From contig CM060731.1 of assembly GCA_030704615.1 (NCBI GenBank), positions 92,380,001 to 92,444,000 of the forward strand: a DNA stretch of 64,000 bases, written 5' to 3'. The notes beneath the pieces were generated by a model. The model was given only the letters and a program-made list of their open reading frames with translations, did not search any database and was not told where the DNA came from. How positions within the stretch are numbered: the first letter of the stretch is position 1; each line of letters begins with the position of its first letter. Of the stretch, positions 24,610-37,725 are shown piece by piece. The translations under genes and the position numbers were made by a program. The stretch comes from Takakia lepidozioides (lineage: Eukaryota; Plantae; Bryophyta).

Positions 24610-27600
24610 TCATATATGCTCGGCCTAGCGACAAGTGCTCCATACTCCGTTCGTAACACTGGTGCAGCCCGTGACTGCTGCTTGCGTTTCAACATGCAAA
24701 TCATGCTGCAAGGGTTTGTCATGGATACCACTGTACCCTTCAACTTATTTGCATTGACTCTTCCCAGCATTTCTTTGTTAATGGTTTGTAACATGGCGGT
24801 GTTGTTATCATACATCTTTTGTATGACATAAGGTCCTTTCCATGTGATTTAAGCTTAGAAGCTTGAATCTTTCCTTTCTTCTGCAACCATAGAACCAAAT
24901 CCCCTCCGTCTTAAAAGTCTTTAACTTGCCTTCATCAAACTGTTCCTTTCTCTTCATCTGAATTCTGGTCATATTATCAGCTGCATCAGCACGTACTTCT
25001 TCCACATGGTATAATTCATGTTTCCTGACCTTGATGGGTCTTGCAATTCCATTCTTTTTCCCCACTCCGTTCTCATGGTAGGTAACAGGAATTCCACTGG
25101 AAGTAAGGCTTCCATACCATAAACTAATTGGAATGGTGTATACTTAGTGGTGACTTTATATGAAGTCCTGTATGACCACAAAGCTGTCAGCAGCTTTGTA
25201 TCCCAATCCGTTCTGTTTGCATTGACTATCTTAGCCAAGATAGTACATAGTATTTTGTTGGTAGCCTCTGCCTGCCCATTACCCTGTGGGTAATATGTTG
25301 TACTCTTTCTATGCACAATCATAAACTCTTTAGTCAACAACTCAATGGTCTCATTCATGAAGTGACTTCCTTGATCACTGATAAATTCTAAGGGACAGCC
25401 AAATCGTGTAAGTATGTTCTCGTACAGGAACCTTGCTGTGGACTTGGCTGTGTTGTCCCTCAAAGCTTTAGCTTCCACCACTTTGTAGTATAATCAGTGG
25501 CTGTAATTATGTACCTGTTTCGTGTATTCTTGGATGGTGGGTTAATTGGTCCAACAAAGTCTAGTCCCCATTTCTGAAATGGTTCCGTAGGCATTGTAGG
25601 ATGCAAGGCCATCCTTCCAGATCTCTGCAAAGGTCCTAGCCTCTGACATTCATCACACTTCTCTGACAATACTCGTGTACATCTTTGAACAAAGTAGGCC
25701 ACCAGTATCCTGCGAGTAGTATCTTTCTACTGGTAGTCTCTTCTCCAAAATGACCTCCAGCCACTCCTTTATGAACTTCCTCCAAAACTTTATTTACTTC
25801 ATGGTGGTACAAGCATCGTTTTAGTACTCCATCAGGTCCTAACTTATACATTCTGCTTCCTACCATAGTATAAGGTAAAGCTTTGATAGCGATTCTCTTC
25901 CTCTGCTCCTTACCATAACTAGGTGGGCACTGACCATGAGCAAGGTAGTATCTGATTGGCCACTGCCAATCTAACCAGTCATCTGCACTTCCCTGCACCT
26001 CCACTGCAAAGACTCGCATCTGGTAATTGATCATCTATTCCTGTGGCTGTTCTCCTGTTGATAATCGTGACAAATGATCCGCCACAAGATGCAGTCTCCC
26101 AGGCTTGTAAACAACCTCGAACTCAAACTCGTGCAAGATTATCAACCATCTTGCTATTCTTCCGCTTATCAGAGGTTTTTTACCAGGTATATCAGAGCCT
26201 GGTGATCCACATAGAACATAAACTTCTTGCCCAACAGGTAATGCCTGAATTTCTTCACTGCATAGATCATTGCCAATGCTTCTCTTTCCGTTGTGCTATA
26301 GTTCCTCTCAGCACTGTTCATCAACCGGCTAGCATAGTACACAGGTGAATCTATATTCCCTGTAACATTCTGGGCTAACACCGCTCCCAACGCTTCTCCT
26401 GATGCATCGCAGTGAACATGGAATACTACACATGCCAGTGAGGGTTAATCAGCACAGGTGTAGTTGTTACTGACAGTGTAAGTTCCTCAAATGCCTGTTG
26501 ACATTCAGCTGTCCAGGCAAACACTGCATCTTTCTTCAGTAGTTTGCTCAATGGTGCTGCTATTTGTGCATACCTTTTGACAAATCTCCTGTAATAACTG
26601 GTTTGCCCAAGGAATCTCCGTAGACTTTTAACATTCACTGGTGGTGGAGAGGCTTTAATGGACTCTGTCTTTCTGGGATCCACAAGGAGTCCCTTCTTAC
26701 ACACAATGTGTCCCAGAAGCACCCCTGAGTTCACACAGAAAGTACACTTCTCTGGATTCAGGCCCAGACCTCTCATCCTGCATCTGGCCAAACATAACTC
26801 CAATTTATGCAAGTGCTCATTCTTAGAGCTGTACACACTGAAATCATCCAAGAATACCTGCATGAAATCATCCAGATACTCATGAAAAGATTCACTTATC
26901 ACTCTCTGAAAGGTCGCTGGTGCATTACAAAGTCCAAAGGGCATGACTTTGTATGCATAAGCCCCCCAGTCTGTGATGAAAGCTGTTTTCCCTTGGTCTT
27001 CTTCTGCCACTTGCACTTGATTATAACCACTGAAGCCATCCATGAATGAGTACATCTCATGGCCTGCCACAGTGTCTAATACTGCTTCTGTGAATGGCAA
27101 AGGGAAAGGATCTTTCTTCGTACAAGCATTCAGCTTCTTATAGTTCACACATACTCTTAGTTTGCCATTCTTCTTGGGACTATAACAATGGGTGACAACC
27201 AAGTTGTATACTCTATTGGGTATATAAACTTAGCCTCAGCCAACTTCTTTATCTCTTCTCCAACCTTCTGTGCGTAGTTGGGATTCATTCTATACCTCGC
27301 CTGCTTGATTGGTACTGACCCTGGTTCCAGTTCAATCTTATGCTGACAGACTTCAGGTGGTATCCCTTTTAGATCCTCATAGCTCCAAGCAAATACATCT
27401 CTGTATTTGATGAACAAGCTTTTAGCTTCTTCGAAGAATTCCGGCTCCAAATCAGCTCCTACTTTCACCATCCTCGGTTCCTCTTTAGTTCCCACATTTA
27501 CTTCTCTCACCTGCTCATCAGCTGTGATTGTCCAACCAGTCACCACTTCATCCTGTAAGCTCACAGTGGCTGGTTCTTCTAGGATTTCCATTTCTCCTTC

Positions 27601-30600
27601 TCTTTCTTCATAGAAATGTGATGGGTAAATGCTGGTTTCCTCTCTCAGTTGGTGTTGCTGTCACTACACCACAGCAGATACCTCTCAAACAACTTAGGCT
27701 TTCCAGCCGCATCTCTGCAACCTGCTCCCACTCTGGGTGTGCAGCAAATAGGGTAGCTTCCTGCTCCTCATCCAGTCCTCCTTTCCAGTCATACTCTCTG
27801 ACTCCTCGAGGTCTTCTTGTAGCAGGTAATCTACTAGATTTCTTTGTGGTAATTTGTATCTCGTGTATCCCATTATGCACGGTTAGTAACTGAGAATTCC
27901 AGTCATGGAATACCCTGGCCTGTTTCAGCCACGACGTCCCAATAATAAGGAGTAAGCCTCCATGACTTCATCTTCTTAACACAGTTACTGTGATCATAAA
28001 GATCATCTTCTGTATCTGTATCTTAACTCCTCTTATTAATCCCAATGGCTGTACACTTCTTTGATCTGCCATTGTTACTGTAAATGGGGCTGGTTTCATG
28101 TTACTTAGACCAAGCTTCTTCCTTAATTGGTCTGTCATGATATTTACTCCAGAACCTCCATCTATCAGTACATCAGTTAGTTCTGTGCTTCCAATTCTCA
28201 ATTGGATTACTGGCATAGAATCATCAAAGTCCATGACTGTTTCTCGCCCTTCCGGCTTCACATTATAACTGGTCACCTTGCTGTTCAGGTCTGTGTTTCC
28301 TGTCTCCTGGGCAATTCGATTGATTGCTTGATACAGCCTGTGCCTACAATAAGGTGCCACAGCTAATAGCTGTCCAATGGTAATTTCTGCTTTGGTCTGG
28401 CATATTACTTCAGCCAAAGTCTCTTCATTACTTACTTTGCATGTCTGCATCTTCTTTCTTTCCTTTCATCCTCACTCCCTTCTTCTTCTCCATCAGAATC
28501 AGAGGAATCTGCCACAGGAATATCAGTACTCTTCTGCATTTCCCTTATGTATCTGCCACTTCTTTGTGCAGTTCCTTCTCATCTCTCCCAAGTCTCTTCA
28601 TCTTCATCTCAGGCATATCATTGCCACCTTCATTATCATCTTCTTCCTCTACTACTGGAGGTATTAGTTTGGCTTTACTTCTTGTTACTATCATTGTACT
28701 TACTTCTGGTACAACACATGGCCTAACCATGTGAGCTGCCACCACTGGGTTCACAGGAGCTCTCATCTCATTCTGGTGTCTTATCCAGAATGCACAGGCT
28801 GCCGCTGCATGGTTCCTTCGCCCTTGGTCTGTTCTTGGATTATTTCTATAATCCTGATTCCCGGGCTGGTAATTCCCCCCTGGATTACCCTGATAGTTGC
28901 CTCTGGAATTTCCTTGGTAATTCCCTCTTGAATTACCTCTCCCTTCCATGCCATTGTTATAACCACCAGACCTACCATAGTGGTCCTGATCATTGTTCTT
29001 CTTGGCTGGGGCTGCACCTGATGCACCCTTACTTGCCTAGGTTCTCTTGCAGCTGTCCTTCTGTTGTAGTAACAATTCTCAGTAGAATGGTTATCCATTT
29101 TACAGATAGTACAGTGTTTCTCCTTCATGTGGCATTCTGTGGTGGTATGGCCTTCATTCTGGCACTTTGCACACCATACACCCTTCCTCCAATGTGTTGC
29201 AGCCTCTGTGGCATACTTCTTCAAGATTTCTTCCAATTTTTTTCATAGTTATCCCTCTTCAACTTCTCCTTTCTCTTACTCTTCTTTTTAGTTCTTGCTC
29301 TTCTTCTTCATCTGACTCATCCTCAGAGTCCTCATCATCCCTTTCTCTCTCCTGAGCATTCCCAATTGCTCAATTCTGTTTGCAGTTTCAAATGCCTCCT
29401 CCACTGTATTATGGGGTAACATATCCACTTTCTTTTGCAACTCTGGTCTTAGTCCACTCACAAACCAAGTCTTCTGTAAACCGGGTGCTGGTACTGCAGC
29501 CAGCTTTTTCATCATCAATTCCATCTTTTCCATATACTCCAACAGTTTCATGCTTCTTTGCTTTAACTGTTGTAAACTTCCATACACTTCATCCTCAGTT
29601 TTACTTGTCCTGAACCTATTTCGAAATGTTGTATTCAAGCCATTCCAGGTTAGGAAATGATTATCAGGGAATCTTGCATACCATTCACTTGCTTTCTTGA
29701 TAAGTGAACAAGGAAACAATCTCATCTTGGCATCATCGCCATTCTCATTGTTCACTATACACATGTGCTCAAATTGGCTAATGTGTACATCGGGATCCCT
29801 TTTCCTGAATATATTGGAAAGGGTGGTTTTGCCCGTGTTGGTTGTAACGCCATCTGTGGCCCTACCTTCTGCCCACTGACAGGTGCTGGCACCCTTGCTG
29901 GTGCTGGTCCTTTGGACCTGTTGTTTTTGTGGTGGATCTTCCACCAAGTGGTGGCCCTTGAGCACTCCCTGCTTCCGGCCCCACGATATTCACAGTATTC
30001 CCAGCTTCAGTTGCACTACTTCCCACACTCCCTGTCCCCCCAGAGCCAGATCCAGGCAGCCCGCCTGATCCCCCTGAGCCGACACCTTCGTTTGGCCTGT
30101 GATCCAAGTGCTCCACTTGATCCAGGTCCAACGGGTTGGGATGTCCTGGTTGTAGTCTCAACCTCAGCTGTTGGGTCTACTTCTTCATATTCTTCCTCTT
30201 CCAATTTCTTCTCTCTGTTTTCATCCTCCAAGTTCTGCCCTTGGGTTTCTTCTTCACTCATGTAACTCAACTGTAATGGTGTTGGAGAGTCTGAACTCTC
30301 CGTTGGCTCTGCCACATCCTCTCCTCTTCTCTTCTTCACCTTCCACTTCAGAAACTGGAGTTCCTGCTTTTGGTGTTCCATGCCAACTCTTATCAAAGAT
30401 TTCTGTCAAATCTTTTATCCAGGGATGTACCTCAGATCTTTCACCTCGTGATTGATCTTCTTCCGTACCAATTCCCTTAATCTTTCTTGCAAAGAAACAG
30501 AAGGAGTGGCATCCAACTCTAGTTCTTCTGGTATGGTGATGTACTCTTTGATCTTAATGGTGTGAGAGGTCCAGATGATTCCCCTATGTCTATTCCTCTC

Positions 30601-30688
30601 TCCCAAAGATATGGATAATTAGCTTTCAGATAGCTTTCTCTTTTTGCTGAATATCTCTGTCGCGTCTAGCTTCTCTTTCATCACTCAT
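24610..30688 (-). pseudogene. gag-pol of copy C with many small indels
   Basis: Same gag, PR (27968-28450), RT (26426-27591), RH and INT (24808-26034) motifs as copy B. Confidence 0.95.
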
Positions 30689-30709
30689 GTCCCATGTCTT
30701 TCATTTCTT

Positions 30710-31318
30710 TTAATGTGGCAATAACCAAAACTCTCTTCTGTAATATCTCTCGTATATGCCTGGGTTTCTTTCAAGCTTCAATGCACCCTTGGCTATACTT
30801 GAAGTCTCCGTTACCATATAACCATATGGCAAACAAGTCTGGAAAGCTGTTCTTGGTGTGAGTTTGATCCACAAAATATCCTTTGGAATCCAATTCTTTA
30901 CCAGTACAAGCTCTTCATGCATATGAGTATAAACATTCACTTTTCTTTCCTCCCAGCCTTCAAACTCTACTCGCTTAATGGATAGCAATGCTATCACATA
31001 AACCAATGTTGGTAACCAACGTGCTCTTCCTCTACAGGCTACCTGATAAATCTTTATCACTCCTTTCTCCAGACCCCATTCCGGATCAGCATCATGCACT
31101 CGCTTAAGAATATTTTCTTTACAACCGTCTGGCAATTCCAAGAACCTTTGAAAGAATTGTTTGGACAATCTTTCTTCCTTCGTTCCACAAGGAATTTGAT
31201 TCACTTCAAATTCTTTAATGGTCCAACCACCATGATCCCACCAGATGCCTGTCACATCTGGTTGTTCATGACTCAGTTCCCCAGTATGGTCGCCAAATGT
31301 CGCGCGGCTTTTACTCAC
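30710..31318 (-). CDS. Extra ORF upstream of gag, 202 aa, unknown function
   Basis: Uninterrupted frame running from the LTR end across the PBS; conserved in copy B; true start uncertain. Confidence 0.7.
   Translation of the reverse strand: MSKSRATFGDHTGELSHEQPDVTGIWWDHGGWTIKEFEVNQIPCGTKEERLSKQFFQRFLELPDGCKENILKRVHDADPEWGLEKGVIKIYQVACRGRARWLPTLVYVIALLSIKRVEFEGWEERKVNVYTHMHEELVLVKNWIPKDILWIKLTPRTAFQTCLPYGYMVTETSSIAKGALKLERNPGIYERYYRREFWLLPH
31278..31295 (-). promoter_or_regulatory. Primer binding site of copy C
   Basis: TGGCGACCATACTGGGGA on -, identical to copy B. Confidence 0.85.
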
Positions 31319-32346
31319 CCCATCCCTTCGCTATCCGAGGCGGAAACTCCAAGATAGAAGAGTTGGAAATCTCTAAGTACTCAGCCCGCGCAGAACAATC
31401 AGTCATGACCTATAGCTAGTGTATCATGGGGGTGTTTCCTATTTGTTTCCCTTTTGGCATTCATGTTAGCTACCTTACCATTGATAATTAAGTATCAGTT
31501 TGCTTTATCAATCTATTGGATTCCATCAACTCATCCATTCATTTCACAGCTTCACTCAGATCTCTCTATACAGTGTGATTGTATCATATAAGTATCCGAT
31601 TATGATTTATCAGGTATCAGGCCGAAGCCATTGTGTCTCTAATCTGCTCTACAATATCACACACACAGCTTGCATATAACAAGCATCTACTCATCATCTC
31701 TTCATCTTCGCTTCCGTTCTTCATCTCTGCCCGATCCCCTCTCCTGCATGACCAAGAAGTCCTCCCCCACCAGTGCCTCCAAGAATAATCCCCCCCCAAA
31801 AAGCCCCTACTCAGTCCTTGCTTCTCCCTTTATCTTCCTACCCGTGCTCTAACCGTTTCCCTCACTAACCGTCGTCCGTGAATTAACATGTTCCATTTGC
31901 AGGTGTTGTTCCCCACAGTCGTTCCCTGTCCTGCTCTCTGTTCCCTATGATCGTGACAGCTGTGTCAAGCTGTGACTGGCTGTGTGAAACTGTGATGGGC
32001 TGTGACTGGCTGTGCGACGATGTTTGTTTGGGCTGTGTCGGGCTGTGACTGGCTGTGTGGCTGTGTCGGCTGTGACGGGCTGTGTTGGCTGTGATGGCTG
32101 TGACGAGCTGTGTTGACTGTGTCTGGCTGTGTCGGCTGTGACGACTGTGACGGCTGTGACGGGCTGTGTTGGCTGTGTCGGCTGTGACGACTGTGACGGC
32201 TGTGTTGGCTGTGACGTGCTGTGTAACCCCCCTTTACAGTACGCTGCTGTCACCCCTAAGGCTCATGTTGGTCTCAGTCTGTGCAAAAATTAAGGGTACC
32301 CTACAGATCCCGTATAAGTGTCTAAGTCCCAGACAGTCCTCTAACA
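31298..32346 (-). repeat. 5' LTR of copy C
   Basis: TGTTAGAGG...CGCGCGACA on -; homologous to 8995-9959 but about 84 bp longer. Confidence 0.92.
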
Positions 32347-32790
32347 GCCAGGCTTACGCATGCATTGCAAATGCAATCATACGTGATGTGGTCGGGCTTG
32401 ACCCCTTCTGCCATCATTTGATCGTAGGTCTCTAAAGCCTCATTCCCGCGGCCTTTTTGTGCATACCCCGTAAGCATCGTTCAGCCCTGTTGCAAACTCC
32501 CTTCACATCCTCGATGAACCCCGATTTCGCATACATGTCCACGAGGGTGATATTGCATACTTAAACGAATGTGACCCGGTCCGGCTTCACCCTTCCCGCA
32601 TTATTTGCTCATACGTCTCCGAAGCCTCTATACCACGCCCCCACTGTGCATATCCTCGCCCTCCCTACATCATTTGCTTAAGAATAAGCTCAAGAAAGCT
32701 GCATCAGTGCTCAAGAATAGGTCGCAAAGCCTCAACCCCACGCCCCTGCATTGCATATCCTGCAATCATCCCGTTCCATGATATAAGTTC
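32347..32790 (-). pseudogene. Degraded PLS-class pentatricopeptide repeat (PPR) gene fragment
   Basis: Manual translation gives SWNGMIAGYAMQGRGVEAL, TLVDMYAKSG and GYAQKGRGNEALETYDQMMAEGVKPDHITY..ICNAC, with internal deletions. Confidence 0.8.
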
Positions 32791-33019
32791 TCCCTTCTTC
32801 GGCTCGATACTACGAAAATATATGGTAGCGCGGGAGACAAAAAGAGGCTAAGTCCCAGCCCTCTGTGTTCACGGCTGAACGTGGCCAACCCTCAAGCAAT
32901 TTTTTGAATTTTTTAAACTTTTTGCACTTTGTGTCATTCCATTGACACAAATGCTTTGTTAAAGATAGATGGATGAGGTCATCCAATGGATGAACCCATT
33001 CATGTATATGCCTTAAGAT

Positions 33020-33370
33020 GCGACGTGTAGTGATATAGTCACTTAAACATAGCTGTGAAACTTACTGTAGTCATGTAGTCATAAGCTTCTATGGCATGTC
33101 ATCAATGTGTAGTAGTGGTGTAGTCATTTAGTCATAAACTTATATGACACGTGTCTGACGTGTAGTATTGTGTATGACTACTAGTTATATAAACCAAGCA
33201 TGTGTTCTTGGTCAACAATGTTTGACCACAGTTCCTAGTCATGTAGTAACATGTATGACTTCATTAGATTAAAATACATTAAAATGCGCCCAACAATGGG
33301 TTTCATCACTACGTAGTCACATATATAGTCATGGTTACCTGCAAGGTTTATATTACTCGTAGTCATAAAA
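33020..33370. repeat. Cluster of (T)GTAGTCAT motifs, probable CACTA subterminal repeats
   Basis: About a dozen GTAGTCAT/ATGACTAC variants directly after the CACTA transposase 3' end. Confidence 0.6.
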
Positions 33371-35734
33371 ACGACAATCTATACTAGTGATATCTGAAAC
33401 CACCTCACCTTTTGCAATGGTGTCCTCAACTTCAGTCCAAAGCCAATGGAGGAATGAACTTAGAGGCTGCAATTCCATGGGCAAATCTTGTGAAAAAACA
33501 TTCATATGTCGGCCCCTTGCTCGTGGAGCACGTATAGTTGCCCTTGCATGGTTCCGCCTCCACTCAACCGTCTTCTCCTGTCGTTGCTGAACAAGGTTAT
33601 GGTATCTTGTCTCCCACTCATGTATAGATGGGGTGTTCTTTAGTATGAAGTCATGCGCTTGCTCAATCACCAAGGTCGGCAATTTTACCCTCTTCGATTT
33701 TTTGGGCAAAACGATGTCCTTGGTTCGTGCATCCTCATCTTCCTTCCACATCCGAGGGGCTTCCTCATCCACCCTTGCCATGTACTCCATGCAATAGAAA
33801 ATAGCTTCTTGCAACGTATACCTCTCCGCCATGCTACCCTCCGGGTGCGCCATTTGTCTTACAAAGGCTTTCAAAGTCTTCATATAACGCTCAAGGAAGT
33901 ACATCCACCGAGAATGAATGGGTGCGGCAATCGAAGCCTCTTCCACTAAGTGCACTACCAAGTGCACTTGGATGTCAAAGAAGAAGGGATGAAGGTTCCT
34001 CTCTAAACATTACACATACCTCCCCGCCCTCCTCTTCATGCATGGAAAATCCGCTTCCTCCAACTCTTGGAGCAATCCACCAGAACAAAAGCTCCCAATC
34101 TGTATATTGTCTTGCAAACCTCGGGAGTCAATGTCCCACGTACTACAATGGGCAAGATGTGTTGCAATATATTGTAGTCCGGGAGATTTCAAACCATGGA
34201 CAGTGTCTTTGCTGAATTTTGTACGGAGGGATGATCCATACCCGGTTGGTGTCCGGATAGCACCTATGGTGGCTCTCACCTTGTTGTATTCCTCCTTTGT
34301 CCATTGCCAAGGTGCGCACCTATACTTCCAGCATACAACACCCTTTGGGTCCACACCATTTTGTTCGGCCCATAGATGGCGCATGCGACCCTGCTCCTCA
34401 GCTCCTTCTAACACCGAGAGAATCTCCTTTTGCAACCCACTCCCTTCTTGCCGGCGTGCCATGAAGACCTAAAAAAAGACAGGCAGACATTCTTTTCAAT
34501 ATGCATGGGATCTAGAGATGACAATCTTCAGGTCCTACATATATCCACACCCCACAAATACTTACACAAATATTTTGACATGAAAGTGACAATGTAACTC
34601 ATACAAAATGTGCAATATCACATGCATGCATAAAGATATTGATGGTGTTTTTGTGGAATATGTACTGCCCAATATGGCAACTCGTAGAAGATTGAAAGTC
34701 GCTTCATGCCGGGCACGTCCACTCCACGACCGTGCCCGCAGGACATCCTTCTATTGGTCCTCCCAAAACTGCCCGGATGGTGTCACAGGGGGGACGTACT
34801 TCCTCTTGCCATCAAACAAGTGTTTCTCTCTTCTTCTCCATCGATGGCTCATAGAAGAAACTTGCGGTAGTTGGGATACACAATCATTGTGAAGATGGCG
34901 GGAGCTATGTGCATCAAGATCATCGCCACAATGCAAGCATGCATGATACCTTTGGTACTTAGCCCGAGCAAACAGTTAGTCATGTACACATCCCCACCAC
35001 ATTAGCAAAGACAAAAGTTGTTATGTGCATGGCCCATAATTCCATCTACCCCACTACGGGCACAAGACTGTCGCCGCTACTTCTCATCAATCATCCTCAT
35101 CGATATTATCGGCCTTGACAAGTGAATGTACGCGGGTTCTTCATGGGGAACATAATATACTTGGATAATCATGCATTGTCCAAAGCAAGATGTCTCTCAT
35201 CTGAAAAGATTGTTCGGCCATAGGGTCAAGTGAAGCATCCAATGTCGGGACCCCCCTCCATAGCTCCTTAGGTCATCAACTAGAGGTCGCAAGTACGTGT
35301 CCAGGTTTGCCACCTGTTTTTTCCTATGAGACATTCACATCATTGTTTCAATGCTCCACCAATATGCAAATTATACTACATAATGAATTACACGTCTTAC
35401 TCCATGATTATGTCACTCATCAATCTTGCATCCAAATTGCGTCAGAGATCAGAAGATTAATATAAAGTCCAAGGGAATAATAAGCATGAAATGGGAACAC
35501 TCACCTGGTACAATGGTAGCCAACATGATATGATCTTTTTTATTGAAAGATACGGAGGGATGTTGTAATTCACCGTGGTCACCGGCCAAGTGGAATGACT
35601 ACATGACTGGACAGAGAATGGTTGACCCCATCCGAGGAGAAGCCGAGGCGGACATGTCGTGGGTCCTCAAGAGAAAAGACCACATCTCTTCAGTATGACT
35701 CCATGCTTGTGAATCTTGTGGCCCGCACACCTTT
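33353..35734 (-). pseudogene. CACTA/EnSpm transposase, central and 3' part (Transposase_21 / DUF4218-like)
   Basis: DSQAWSH, STWPV, LDTYLRPLVDDL, LLWTMHDYP, RTPTGYGSS, HGLKS, HLVVHL...RWMYFLERYMKTLK...PEGSMAE. Confidence 0.9.
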
Positions 35735-35737
35735 CCC

Positions 35738-35900
35738 GGGGGGGGGGGGGATGCTTTCGCGTGAGCGTGAGAGCGCGTGAGCCTAGGCGGGCTCACGCCA
35801 CATCATCAGTTATTGCCACGTTGGCTGACGGGTCTGACGCCACGTCAGTCGACCTCGCCAGCGTGCCTGACGCCACATCACGTCATGCCACGTCATTTTC
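35738..35900 (+). repeat. Left TIR and GCCAC(G/A)TCA subterminal repeats of the MULE
   Basis: CGCGTGAGCGTGAGAGCG inverted relative to 54708-54731; repeated GCCACGTCA/GCCACATCA. Confidence 0.75.
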
Positions 35901-36849
35901 ATAGGCATGGCCCTATAACCGCGGACCGAACAGGCAAATGGGGGCCTATAGCCGTGGATTGCGCATTTGGCAGATAGGGAACCATGTGTGGGCGACGAGG
36001 CGAGGTGCAGAAGAGAGTTTAGGGTTTGTTGGTGAATGTTGCAGAATGATAGTGTTTGTAGAGACTGAAATGGTTGTGGATGTATTAATGTCCAGGTCAT
36101 CAGTCTACAATGGTCCTCAGATGATTTAATGCCATGCTAATGTGGTATTTTTACGTTGCTGTCATCAACGTAGAATGGTTGTGGATGAGTTTATGAGGAT
36201 GAAGCAGAGCCAATGTGGATGGGACACTGCTAATATGGATGAATGGGGATGAATAGTTGTGGACAAATGTGGATGAAATATCGTGAATGGATGATAGAGT
36301 GGATGAATGTTGAGCGAGGATGTCATTCTAACATTTATGAAAACCAAGCACAATGATCAATGTCGTTTGCACAAACATTAGAAATTGTGCCTAAAATCCG
36401 TCTTGAAGCACTTGATAAGATTTAATGAATGTATGGTATTTGGGGAAATGTAGACAGATGACAGCAACGTAGAATAAGACAACACAGCAGATGTGAGAGG
36501 ATCTTTCATGCTGCGACTTTGTCCGAGTGCTTACTGCAACATTCTGGTGTGCAACACGCTCTTCTTTAGCTGTCCTCTTCAGTGTTGACACATTGCGAGC
36601 CATTTCAGCACTATACTTCCTGCAACGCACCACTTGACCACGCTAAACATGGTTTGGACTCCAATGCTTATTGCGGCCCCTGCCAATGAGGTGGAAATGT
36701 GCACCTGTATGTTACAAGAGTATTGCAACTTTCATGGTTTTTCATCAGGACCATTATACAACAACATTCAAAATGATTTGGCTCTCGTTTGTGCATGAGG
36801 AGGAATTCCGAGTCTTACAACATTGTGTAATAGAATTTGATAAAACGTC

Positions 36850-37180
36850 TGCCTTATCTTCTTGTTTGACCCATAACCAATGTTAGGCATGAGGATCCCG
36901 CCTTTGAACTTGCGCTGAAATCGAGAGTCCATACACCATCCACTAGGTGCACTGTCTTCTTGTTTGAACCATAACCAATGTTACGCATCAGGATGCTGCC
37001 CTTGAACTTGCGTTGAACCCGAGAGCCCACAAATCATCCCCTAGGTGCCTTCTATTCTTGTTTGACCCATAACCAATGTTAGGATGAGGAGGCTGCCTTT
37101 GAACTTGCGTTGGACCCGAGAGTCAATACATACATCATCCCCTAGGTGCCTTGTCTTCTTGTTTGACCCATGACCAACCA
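36850..37180. repeat. Tandem repeat, ~98-bp unit, about 3.3 copies
   Basis: CTTGTTTGA(C/A)CCAT recurs at about 36861, 36958, 37057 and 37158. Confidence 0.85.
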
Positions 37181-37725
37181 TTTGTTGTACATTACAATCA
37201 GAGCCTACAAGCCAGGATATAACTATCCACTGTATGAAGTGCATAGAAGCCACTGTTGTAAATGCATACACGGCACGAAAATGAGAAACCATCTTTTAAC
37301 GACATTACAACGAACATGCACAATTTTTATTACAAAGTTATGGAGGGACACCAAATGTCTAAAACTGTGAACATCTGGAGATCCCCCAAAATGATGAAAT
37401 TTGCATTTCAGTCACTAGAACTATCCACTGAAATTTGTGCAGTATCATCGACGTAAACCTGAGCTCTGAGGTGTCTGTTGTGCTTTCGAGCACATGGGGG
37501 AGATAACATGAAACTCTGTTGACGAGCAATGGCCTCCGCATAGTCGGGTAGGATGTATGAACGTGGAGGGCTGCACCAGAAGTCACTGTGAATAAAAGAG
37601 ACGTCGACCAAAGGAATAACTTCCAATATCCTGCCACCAAAAGAACCACAATTGCATTAGCCACCATTAATGGGAAAGGGGGGGGCATTTTCGCGGGAGA
37701 AATCGGATGCTTACAGAAAAACAAC

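Larger units (their letters stand above)
20955..32346 (-). mobile_element. Ty3/Gypsy element copy C (5' LTR to accessory ORF, 3' end missing)
   Basis: Reverse complement of copy B over 22496-32346, extending further into the coiled-coil accessory ORF. Confidence 0.95.

Noticed and set aside
8995-32346. Fold-back (missed adapter) read artefact as the cause of the inverted repeat
   Set aside because: Arms end exactly at LTR termini with different outer flanks, the spacer is asymmetric, and the LTRs differ in length and by substitutions; misassembly is still not fully excluded
8995-32346. A single giant element with 1-kb terminal inverted repeats (DIRS/Polinton-like)
   Set aside because: Each repeat is a normal 5' LTR with its own PBS and gag-pol; no tyrosine recombinase or polB seen
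36391-36886. Possible additional cargo gene near the MULE left end
   Set aside because: Short ORFs without a recognisable motif or clear exon structure; cannot be supported
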